NCBI GenBank assembly: GCA_965226465.1
Contig: OZ245362.1
Span: 690,082 to 754,081 of the forward strand
DNA length: 64,000 nucleotides
Direction of reading: 5' to 3'
DNA from: Parvibaculaceae bacterium
Lineage (GTDB): Bacteria; Pseudomonadota; Alphaproteobacteria; RS24; CBDDDD01
The notes beneath the pieces were generated by a model, which saw nothing but the letters and a program-made list of their open reading frames with translations, was not told where the DNA came from and searched no databases. Of this stretch, positions 30,590 through 38,836 are shown piece after piece (the stretch's first letter is position 1; each line of letters starts with the position of its first letter). Position numbers and translations under genes: made by a program.

Positions 30590-31978
30590 ATGAGTAAGAA
30601 ATGGACGATAGATAGCTGGCGCAAATTAGAAGCGCGACAAATGCCCCATTATGAGGATAAGGATGGTTTGGAAGCCGTTGAGGCTGAGCTTGCCAATTAT
30701 CCGCCTTTGGTATTTGCGGGTGAGGCGCGCAGTCTGCGCAGGAAGCTTGGCAGGGTTGCCAATGGCGAAGCCTTTTTATTACAGGGTGGTGATTGTGCCG
30801 AAAGCTTTGCCGAGCACCACGCCGACAAGGTACGCGACACCTTACGGGTTTTGCTACAAATGGCGATAGTATTGACCTTTGGAGCGGGATTGCCCGTTGT
30901 GAAAGTGGGGCGCATAGCGGGTCAATTTGCCAAGCCCCGCTCGGAAGATATAGAGACCCGCAACGGCACCACGCTTCCAAGCTATCGGGGTGATATCATC
31001 AATGATATTGCCTTTGAAGAGGAGGCAAGGAGGGCTGACCCACGCCGCCAAATATCCGCCTATCGCCAAGCTGCCAGCACATTGAACCTATTGCGAGCAT
31101 TTACGACAGGAGGCTTTGCCGATTTATCGCATGTCCATAGCTGGACAATGGGCTTTTTGGCAGACACCAAAGAGGGCGAACGCTATCAGGACTTAGCCTC
31201 TCAAATAGACCAATCCCTAGCCTTTATGCGCGCCTGTGGCATATCTTCGCAAACGACGCGCCAAATGCGCCAGGTTAGTTTTTACACAAGCCATGAAGCC
31301 TTATTACTAGGCTATGAGCAAGCCTTTACCCGCATAGATAGCACGACGGGCAACCCCTATGATACCAGTGCGCACATGGTATGGTGCGGGGATAGAACCC
31401 GCCAGCCTGACGGAGCGCATATAGAGTTTTTGCGTGGGATTTATAACCCGATAGGCATGAAATGCGGTCCCGGCATAGAAGCCGATGAGCTATTGCGCCT
31501 TATTGACATCCTAAACCCAGAAAATGATGCGGGAAGGCTAACCTTAATCTGCCGCTTTGGTGCGGATAAGATAGGCGATTACCTGCCCAAGCTCATCCGC
31601 AAAGTAGAAGGCGAAGGCAAGAAAGTAGTATGGTCCTGCGACCCGATGCATGGCAATACGATTAAGGCGAATAACGGATATAAAACCCGTCCGGTAGAGC
31701 GCATATTGCACGAGGTCAAAGATTTCATTGATATCCACAGCGCAGAAGGCAGCTATGCCGGCGGCGTCCATTTTGAAATGACAGGACAAAACGTCACCGA
31801 ATGCCTAGGCGGTGCCCAAGCCATAAAAGAAGAAGACCTCTCCAGCCGCTACCACACCCACTGCGACCCCCGACTAAACGCCAGCCAAGCCCTAGAGCTC
31901 GCCTTCCTAATAGCAGAAAAACTAAAACTCCAAAAAACCTCCACCCAAAAACCTACCAAAAACAAGGCAACCGCTTAG
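30590..31978 (+). CDS. aroG: class II 3-deoxy-D-arabino-heptulosonate-7-phosphate synthase
   Basis: 462 aa with [11 protein letters not shown] and the overall class II (plant/actinobacterial type) pattern. About 20 aa at the C terminus form a K/T/Q-rich extension. Confidence 0.85.
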   Translation: MSKKWTIDSWRKLEARQMPHYEDKDGLEAVEAELANYPPLVFAGEARSLRRKLGRVANGEAFLLQGGDCAESFAEHHADKVRDTLRVLLQMAIVLTFGAGLPVVKVGRIAGQFAKPRSEDIETRNGTTLPSYRGDIINDIAFEEEARRADPRRQISAYRQAASTLNLLRAFTTGGFADLSHVHSWTMGFLADTKEGERYQDLASQIDQSLAFMRACGISSQTTRQMRQVSFYTSHEALLLGYEQAFTRIDSTTGNPYDTSAHMVWCGDRTRQPDGAHIEFLRGIYNPIGMKCGPGIEADELLRLIDILNPENDAGRLTLICRFGADKIGDYLPKLIRKVEGEGKKVVWSCDPMHGNTIKANNGYKTRPVERILHEVKDFIDIHSAEGSYAGGVHFEMTGQNVTECLGGAQAIKEEDLSSRYHTHCDPRLNASQALELAFLIAEKLKLQKTSTQKPTKNKATA

Positions 31979-31992
31979 GAAGGGACTATCCT

Positions 31993-34900
31993 TTGGAAAT
32001 AAGACCGTTTCTAAACGAAGTAATAAAAATCCATAAGACAGGCAAGGCGGGGGAGCATAGCTATCGCCCTGCAATTAAGGGTTTAGTAGAATCTTTTAGC
32101 CCTAAAATGAAAACTAACAAGATTATGGTTATTAATGAGCCAAAGGCAGTGGCATGTGGCGCACCTGATTTTAGCGTGCATTATGGCAAGGATGAGATAA
32201 CCATCGGGCATATTGAGGCAAAAGATATTGGGGTGGATATTCACAACCTGAAAGGCAAGAATGAAGAACAGCTTGAGCGGTATCGCAAGGCATTACCTAA
32301 TTTAGTCTATACGAATTGTCTGGATTGGAATTTTTATAAAGACGGAAAATTGGTGGAGCAGGTTTCTATAGGGAAACCGATAATGGGTATTCAGGCTGAG
32401 CAGGCAGAGTTTAGCCGTTTGCAAATGCTTTTGCGGGATTTCGTAGAGTCCCGCCCCATTTCCATTACCACCCCCGATGAGTTGGCAAAACGCATGGCAG
32501 GGAAGGCACGGCTGGTAAAGGAGATTTTGAAAAATATTTTACGGTCGGATGAAAAAAGTGATGAGCGTAGTGAATTGATAGATCATTATATTGCTTTTAA
32601 GGAAAACCTTATACAGGATATCAGCATAGAGCAGTTTTCGGATATTTATGCGGAGACGATTGCCTATGGCATGTTTGCCGCCAGATTGCATGATGATACT
32701 CCAGAAACTTTTTCCCGCCAAGAGGCACTAGATTTATTGCCGAAAAGCAATCCGTTTCTCCGTAAGTTTTTTACCTATATTTCAGGGCAAGATTTGGATG
32801 AGAGGATTAGGCGTATTATTGATGATTTGGTATCTATTTTCCTTGCTGCCAATGTAAAGAATCTTATGGAGCGATATGGCAAGGTTTATGGCAAGGATGA
32901 CCCCTTCTTGCATTTTTATGAAGATTTTCTAAGACATTATAATCCCGAAAAAAGAAAAGCGCGCGGGGTTTGGTATACGCCTATTGAGGTAGTGCGCTTT
33001 ATTGTTCGGGCAGTGGATGAGGTGTTGCAAAAAGAGTTTAATATATCCAAGGGATTGGCAGATAACAGAAAAATTACAATAAATTGGGATAGTGGGCAGA
33101 ATAATAAAAAGATAAAAAAAGAGGTGCATAAGGTGCAAATTCTTGACCCCGCTACAGGAACAGGGACTTTTTTGGCGGAAGCTATCAATCAGATTGCGCC
33201 GAAAATACAGAAAACCGCCAAAGGGCAGTGGGGCGGCTATGTTGTAGAGGATTTAATTCCCCGCCTGCATGGGTTTGAGTTGCTTATGGCATCTTATACG
33301 ATGTGCCATACCAAGCTGGATATGGTGCTTACCAATCTTGGTTATAAGCCCCCCAGCAACCCAAAGCGTATGCGTGTTTATCTCACGGATAGTCTGGAGG
33401 AGGGCAAGCCTGCTGACCAGACTCTTCCTTTTGCTAGATGGCTTTCTAAAGAGGCAAAAGGTGCCAATAAAATAAAACACGATATGCCGATTATGTGCGT
33501 TATCGGTAATCCGCCCTATTCAGGCGAAAGTCAGAATAAGAGCGATTGGATAATGAAGCTTATGGAGGCTTATAAAAAAGAGCCGGGTGGAAAGGAAAAG
33601 CTTAAAGAAAGGAATCCTAAATGGATTAATGATGATTATGTAAAGTTTATTCGGCTTGCCGAGCATTATATTGATAAAAACGGCGAGGGGGTTTTGGGTT
33701 TTATTACCGCTCATGGCTATTTGGATAATCCGACCTTTCGGGGTATGCGCTGGCATTTGCGCAAGACATTTGACAAGATTTATGTGCTGGATTTGCATGG
33801 TAATGCCAAAAGAAAAGAGGTTTGTCCTGATGGTTCACCCGACAAAAATGTTTTTGATATTCAGCAGGGCGTGGCGATATTGATTGCGGTGAAAAAGAAA
33901 GACAGCAAAGGCAGACAGGCTGATGTTTATCACAGCGGGTTATGGGGTAAAAGAGAGGTTAAACAGGAGGCATTAGAGCAAAAAACTCTGCATGATAAGG
34001 ATTGGAAAAAGCTTAGTCCTAACAAGCCTTTTTATTTCTTTATTCCCCGCAATGATAAATTAGAGGGGCAATATCAGCAGGGCTTTAGCATAAAAGAATT
34101 TATGCCAGAAAACTCGGTTGGCATTGCTACCGCAAGAGATGGTTTTTGCATAGATTATAAGAAAAAGGTGATTGAAGCACGCCTTAAAGACCTTCGCACG
34201 GAAACAGATATTGAAGTTTTACGTAATAAATATCATTTGAGAAAGGATGTTCGGGATTGGAGTGTAGCCGGTGCAAAAAAAGATGTAGAGCAAAATTTTC
34301 AAACAGGGAAATTGACCAAACTTGCTTATCGCCCCTTTGACACGCGCTGGACGTTCTATACTGGAAATTCAAAAGGGTTTCACTGTATGCCGCGCGGTGC
34401 AATCATGCGGCATATGCTGGAAGGTGAGAATTTAGCTATGCTCATTTCTAGAAGTGCTGCAGGAGAAAAAAATTGGAAAGAGGTGCAATGCACGAATAAA
34501 ATTGTTGAATTTGGTATTATGTCAACACGCCCTGGCAATGCTACTCCATTATTTCCCCTCTATCTTTATGATGAGGTAGATGGTTCTAAGCGTGTTAATT
34601 TTGATAAGAAAATCTATGCAAAGATTCAAAAGAAGGGTGCAGATAAGAAGCATGGCACACCTGATGAAATGGCGGTTTTTGATTATATTTATGGGGTGTT
34701 GCATTGCCCCGATTATCGGCAAATTTATAAGGATTTTTTGAAATCGGATTTTCCGCATATTCCCTATCCAAGCAGTGCAAAAGAGTTTTGGGAGATTGCC
34801 GATAAGGGCGGGCAATTGCGCTCACTTCATTTAATGGAGGAGAAGGCTATCGGTGAAACCCCCTATCCCTTTGAGGGCGAAGGCAGTAGCAAGGTGGTAA

Positions 34901-35130
34901 AAATCCAATATAAAAATGAGCAGGTTTGGATTAATGACACGCAATTTTTTGCAAAGGTGCCGGAGATGGCATGGGAGTTCTATATAGGGGGTTATCAGCC
35001 TGTGCAAAAATGGCTTAAAGCCCGCAAGGGGCAGAAATTATCCTTTAATGATATTTGCCATTATCAGAAAATTATCAAAATTCTTGTGGAAACTGACCGC
35101 ATTATGAAAACCATAAAAATCACCCCATAG
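31993..35130 (+). CDS. single-polypeptide PD..ExK nuclease-like head + gamma-class N6-adenine DNA methyltransferase + Type-ISP-like C-terminal specificity module; no helicase (Type IIG/IIL-like RM or orphan MTase)
   Basis: P-D at 32164-32169 and E-A-K at 32215-32223. SAM motif I DPATGTGTF at 33145-33171 and motif IV NPPY at 33508-33519. The C-terminal blocks YRPFDTRW, FDYIYGVLHCPDYRQIY and GGYQPVQKWLKAR parallel the 1555-aa Type ISP protein. I propose a TTG start at 31993, 7 nt after the AGGAAGGGA Shine-Dalgarno-like sequence. The ORF-track ATG at 31801 lies inside aroG. Confidence 0.8.
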   Translation: MEIRPFLNEVIKIHKTGKAGEHSYRPAIKGLVESFSPKMKTNKIMVINEPKAVACGAPDFSVHYGKDEITIGHIEAKDIGVDIHNLKGKNEEQLERYRKALPNLVYTNCLDWNFYKDGKLVEQVSIGKPIMGIQAEQAEFSRLQMLLRDFVESRPISITTPDELAKRMAGKARLVKEILKNILRSDEKSDERSELIDHYIAFKENLIQDISIEQFSDIYAETIAYGMFAARLHDDTPETFSRQEALDLLPKSNPFLRKFFTYISGQDLDERIRRIIDDLVSIFLAANVKNLMERYGKVYGKDDPFLHFYEDFLRHYNPEKRKARGVWYTPIEVVRFIVRAVDEVLQKEFNISKGLADNRKITINWDSGQNNKKIKKEVHKVQILDPATGTGTFLAEAINQIAPKIQKTAKGQWGGYVVEDLIPRLHGFELLMASYTMCHTKLDMVLTNLGYKPPSNPKRMRVYLTDSLEEGKPADQTLPFARWLSKEAKGANKIKHDMPIMCVIGNPPYSGESQNKSDWIMKLMEAYKKEPGGKEKLKERNPKWINDDYVKFIRLAEHYIDKNGEGVLGFITAHGYLDNPTFRGMRWHLRKTFDKIYVLDLHGNAKRKEVCPDGSPDKNVFDIQQGVAILIAVKKKDSKGRQADVYHSGLWGKREVKQEALEQKTLHDKDWKKLSPNKPFYFFIPRNDKLEGQYQQGFSIKEFMPENSVGIATARDGFCIDYKKKVIEARLKDLRTETDIEVLRNKYHLRKDVRDWSVAGAKKDVEQNFQTGKLTKLAYRPFDTRWTFYTGNSKGFHCMPRGAIMRHMLEGENLAMLISRSAAGEKNWKEVQCTNKIVEFGIMSTRPGNATPLFPLYLYDEVDGSKRVNFDKKIYAKIQKKGADKKHGTPDEMAVFDYIYGVLHCPDYRQIYKDFLKSDFPHIPYPSSAKEFWEIADKGGQLRSLHLMEEKAIGETPYPFEGEGSSKVVKIQYKNEQVWINDTQFFAKVPEMAWEFYIGGYQPVQKWLKARKGQKLSFNDICHYQKIIKILVETDRIMKTIKITP

Positions 35131-36454
35131 TCACCAACTCCTCCCCCGCCGTAGGATGAACGGCAAGGGTTTTGTCAAAATCCGCCTTTGTCGCCCCCAT
35201 AGTGACGGCGACCCCAAAGGCTTGGATCATTTCGCCAGCATCCGCTCCCATAATATGCAATCCCAGCACAATATCGGACTTGGCATCAACGACAAGCTTC
35301 ATGAAGCATTTTTCATCCCGCCCCGATAAGGTGTGTTTCATCGGACGGAATGTGGAGGAAAATATTTTCACCTCGCCCCGCTCCCGTGCCTGCACCTCCG
35401 TAAGCCCAATGGTCCCAAGTCCGGGCTGAGTAAAAACCGCAGAAGGAATAGTTTCATGCGAGATAGGCGTTTTTTTCCCACCATATAACGTATTGGCAAA
35501 AGCAGACCCTTCCACAATGGCAATGGGCGTCAAAGCCACCCGATTTGTGACATCTCCCACCGCATAAATATTGTCAATATTGGAGCGGGAATATTCATCC
35601 ACCACAACCTCGCCCCTTTCCCCCATTTGCACCCCCACCCCAGAAAGCCCCATTTTCTCAGTATTCGGAATACGCCCCGTTGCATATAATACAGCATCCG
35701 CCGCAATAACCTCGCCCCCTTCCACATGAACCTCCCTTGCAGCCGTAATCTTGCGGATATCCGCCTTTACACGAACCGATATCCCCTGCTTTTCCATCTC
35801 CAAATGAATGAGCTTTCGCAAATCATCATCAAACCCCCGCAAAATTTCCTCTCCCCGATACAGCAAATCCACCCCCGCCCCCAGCCCCGCAAATATACAA
35901 GCAAACTCAACCGCAATATATCCCCCCCCCACAATGACAATTCTTTTAGGAAGTGCGGGAAGGTCAAATATCTCATTGGAAGTAAGCGCATATTCCACCC
36001 CCTCAATTTCAGGCAAAAAAGGTCTGGCACCGGTAGCAATAAGAATAGTTTCTGCACTGACTATCTTACCCCCACATTGCACCTCATGAGGGCTTTTGAA
36101 AACAGCCCGATGGTGCAGAAGCTCCACTTTAGCTTTTTCAAGATTTTTTATATATATCGCATTCAGCCTTTCAATCTCTTTATCCTTTGCGGAAACAAGC
36201 TTTTTCCATGAGAACTCCGCCTTTGGCACCGACCACCCAAACCCCTCCGCATCCTTAAAATCATGAGAAAAATGAGAAGCATAAACATAAAGCTTTTTAG
36301 GCACACAGCCCCTAATAACGCATGTTCCGCCCACTTTATGCTCTTCTGCAATGGCGGTTTTTGCCCCAAACCCCGCCGCCATGCGCGCCGCCCGCACCCC
36401 GCCTGAGCCGGCACCGATAACAAATAAATCATAATCATATTTCATGAAACCCAT
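35120..36454 (-). CDS. gor: glutathione-disulfide reductase
   Basis: DLFVIGAGSGG FAD motif, redox-active GGTCVIRGCVPKK, the second Rossmann motif VGGGYIAVE and the C-terminal HPT.GEE motif. The start is either 36454 or 36445. Confidence 0.8.
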   Translation of the reverse strand: MGFMKYDYDLFVIGAGSGGVRAARMAAGFGAKTAIAEEHKVGGTCVIRGCVPKKLYVYASHFSHDFKDAEGFGWSVPKAEFSWKKLVSAKDKEIERLNAIYIKNLEKAKVELLHHRAVFKSPHEVQCGGKIVSAETILIATGARPFLPEIEGVEYALTSNEIFDLPALPKRIVIVGGGYIAVEFACIFAGLGAGVDLLYRGEEILRGFDDDLRKLIHLEMEKQGISVRVKADIRKITAAREVHVEGGEVIAADAVLYATGRIPNTEKMGLSGVGVQMGERGEVVVDEYSRSNIDNIYAVGDVTNRVALTPIAIVEGSAFANTLYGGKKTPISHETIPSAVFTQPGLGTIGLTEVQARERGEVKIFSSTFRPMKHTLSGRDEKCFMKLVVDAKSDIVLGLHIMGADAGEMIQAFGVAVTMGATKADFDKTLAVHPTAGEELVTMG

Positions 36455-36473
36455 TATGCCTGACTATGTTTGA

Positions 36474-37343
36474 TTATCCAATCTCAAAACTTGTCAGCCC
36501 AAAGCTTTTCTGAAGCTGAATATCGGGCGGAGGAGAAGCCGTATACATGCGCGCCGTTTGAAAAACCTCCCTCCAGCCCAACTCTGTGACGAGACTTTGA
36601 GCATTTTTATTCGGCTCAGGAACATCAAGAAACACCGGCGCATCTTTTGGCAATGGCGCACAAACCTCATGCAATAAACCTCTGGCAATAGGGACATTAT
36701 CAGCAAAAAGCGGCGCGATTTTATACCCCCGCTTACAAGGACGAGCAAGCACATACCCGCTCACCGCCCCCTTTTCATCAAAGGCAACATGAACAGATGC
36801 TTTGGGTATGGATAACCAATTAGCAAGAAAGTTTTTCCGACTAGCTGGAAAAAAGCCCTTATCATAATGGAGAACACCCCCAAACCTATCCTTTTCATAC
36901 GCTATGATATTTTCCCCATGCACAAATTGACTCACATCCCCCGCCTTCCCCTCAAATCGGATAGTATTATGCGCAAAGATAAACCCTGACTTTTTGTAAT
37001 TATACTGCTGCTCCACCACCCCATCCAACCCAATAAGATGATTGCTGAGATAACCCATAGCATGGTTCCAAAGCTGTATCCCAAAGCCCTTTGAGCGATA
37101 TTCAGGCGTAACAATATAAAGCCCCAAAAACCCAAAATTACTCCCCCATTTAACCGCACTAATAGCCCCAATAGGAATATCATTCATTGTACTGATAAAA
37201 AACCCCTTCGGGTCAGCAGAGAAAAAAGCCTTAGCATCATAAGGAGACGGATTCCACCCTTCCCCCTCCGCCCAATCAATAATGGTCGCAACCTCCTCCA
37301 AAGAAGCAACATGAATTTCCGCCCGCATACTTTGTCTCTCCAT
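36474..37343 (-). CDS. GNAT-family N-acetyltransferase with an extra C-terminal domain
   Basis: 289 aa with an acetyl-CoA-binding-like segment V.PEYRSKGFG. Substrate unknown. Confidence 0.55.
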   Translation of the reverse strand: MERQSMRAEIHVASLEEVATIIDWAEGEGWNPSPYDAKAFFSADPKGFFISTMNDIPIGAISAVKWGSNFGFLGLYIVTPEYRSKGFGIQLWNHAMGYLSNHLIGLDGVVEQQYNYKKSGFIFAHNTIRFEGKAGDVSQFVHGENIIAYEKDRFGGVLHYDKGFFPASRKNFLANWLSIPKASVHVAFDEKGAVSGYVLARPCKRGYKIAPLFADNVPIARGLLHEVCAPLPKDAPVFLDVPEPNKNAQSLVTELGWREVFQTARMYTASPPPDIQLQKSFGLTSFEIG

Positions 37344-37346
37344 TTT

Positions 37347-38039
37347 TCACCCTATCCGCCTGACTTCCCCCCCATCAGAGCCGATAATCGCCTGACTTGC
37401 CAGCCCCAGAAACAAACCATGCTCAACCACGCCCACAATAGAAGAAAGCTTATCTGCCAAATCCTCTGGATTTTGCACCACCCCCAAAGCACAATCATAA
37501 ATATAATTACCCGCATCGGTAATAAAATCTTTCCCTTCCGCCTTTCGCCTTGTTATCTCCCCACCATTTCCTGTTTCCCCCAAAACAGAAGCAACCCGCT
37601 CGGCAATGGTTTCGGCTTCAAATTGCACAATTTCCACAGGCAAAGGAAATGCCCCAAGGCTCGGAACAAGCTTGCCCTCATCGGCAATAACAACCATATT
37701 TTTGCTTGCCATAGCGACAATTTTCTCCCGCAAAAGCGCCCCGCCCCCGCCCTTAAGTAAGCGCAAAGAGGGGTCTATCTCATCAGCACCATCCACAACT
37801 ATATCCAAGCCCCCCAGCGCAGTAATGGTTGAAATTTCTAACCCCAAGCTACGGGCTTGCGTCTCGGTTTGCACACTTGTCGGCACATAATGCAAGGATA
37901 AGCCCTCCGCCTTAACCCGCTCGGCAAGCAGTTCCACAAAATGGGTAGCCGTTGAGCCGGTGCCAAGCCCAACACGCATTCCCCCCTCTATGAGCTTGAC
38001 CGCCGCCTGTGCCGCCGCTCTTTTTGCTTTATCGCTCAT
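37347..38039 (-). CDS. rpiA: ribose-5-phosphate isomerase A
   Basis: LGTGST, DGADE and KGGGGAL..EK motifs. Confidence 0.85.
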   Translation of the reverse strand: MSDKAKRAAAQAAVKLIEGGMRVGLGTGSTATHFVELLAERVKAEGLSLHYVPTSVQTETQARSLGLEISTITALGGLDIVVDGADEIDPSLRLLKGGGGALLREKIVAMASKNMVVIADEGKLVPSLGAFPLPVEIVQFEAETIAERVASVLGETGNGGEITRRKAEGKDFITDAGNYIYDCALGVVQNPEDLADKLSSIVGVVEHGLFLGLASQAIIGSDGGEVRRIG

Positions 38040-38733
38040 TTTCCCGCTCCTTTTTTATTTGCTCCCACGCTCCATTTATCCTGGAGAGCCTCTGATTGGC
38101 AAGATGTATCGCCTCTTCCGGCACCCCGCCCGCCATAAGCTTATCAGGATGATTTTCCCTCACCAAAACCGTATAGGCAAGCCTGATTTTTTCCAAGCTC
38201 ATATCACGCTCCACCCCCAGCACCAAATATGGATCACGCAGCTCGCGCTCAACATGGAGCATTTTCAGGCGCAACCAAGCTTCTTTTGACAGCCCAAATA
38301 TTTCTGCAACCTCTTCAAGAAAGATAATTTCCTTATCATGCAAACGCCCATCAATTAAAGCGATATGGAACAAAGCATCCAGCACATCTTCAAGGATAAT
38401 TTTATCATTTTTATAAATCTTGCTGACCTGCCGCGCATAATGTTCAAAGCCCGACGCATCTTCAGCCGCAAGGCTATATATTTTTTCAACCGCCTTTTTA
38501 TGTTTCTGCGGCACGCGCATCACATCATAAAATGCCGCTAACTCCTGCTCCTGTGCGACACCATCGGCTTTTGCCATTTTTGCGGATAAGGCGATGAGAG
38601 CGATGGCAAATATGGTTTGTTTTTCGCGCCTATCTATCACCAAATGACCTGCAAGAAAGCCGAGCCCTGCTCCCACAGGACCCCCCAATGCGTACCCTGC
38701 AATGGCACCGGCTAGTTTTCCCCAAATTGACAT
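38029..38733 (-). CDS. djlA: DjlA-type membrane co-chaperone (Gly-rich TM + TerB-like domain + C-terminal J domain)
   Basis: N-terminal segment GKLAGAIAGYALGGPVGAGLGFLAG and a C-terminal J domain DPYLVLGV......I..AY..L...NHPDK. Confidence 0.7.
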   Translation of the reverse strand: MSIWGKLAGAIAGYALGGPVGAGLGFLAGHLVIDRREKQTIFAIALIALSAKMAKADGVAQEQELAAFYDVMRVPQKHKKAVEKIYSLAAEDASGFEHYARQVSKIYKNDKIILEDVLDALFHIALIDGRLHDKEIIFLEEVAEIFGLSKEAWLRLKMLHVERELRDPYLVLGVERDMSLEKIRLAYTVLVRENHPDKLMAGGVPEEAIHLANQRLSRINGAWEQIKKERENER

Positions 38734-38836
38734 GGTGGCAATTTAGCCTATTTTTTAAAGGGGCGGGGAATATTTTTCTTTGATTTTTCAGGAACAGGCA
38801 AGCAATATGGCTGGATAGAATAGTTAGGATAGGCAT

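Noticed and set aside
31801-31992. ATG-initiated 5' extension of the large methyltransferase ORF (the first 64 codons of the 1109-aa track entry)
   Set aside because: Most of it (31801-31978) overlaps the 3' end of aroG in another frame. It encodes only P/R/K-rich low-complexity sequence produced by the G-poor composition. A TTG with a good Shine-Dalgarno-like sequence (AGGAAGGGA) sits just after the aroG stop at 31993.
35922-35930. C9 (G9 on the coding strand) homopolymer inside gor, considered as a second slippage or phase-variation site
   Set aside because: The reading frame is intact across it. It encodes the conserved VGGGY Rossmann glycines of an otherwise complete housekeeping gene, and there is no frame break.
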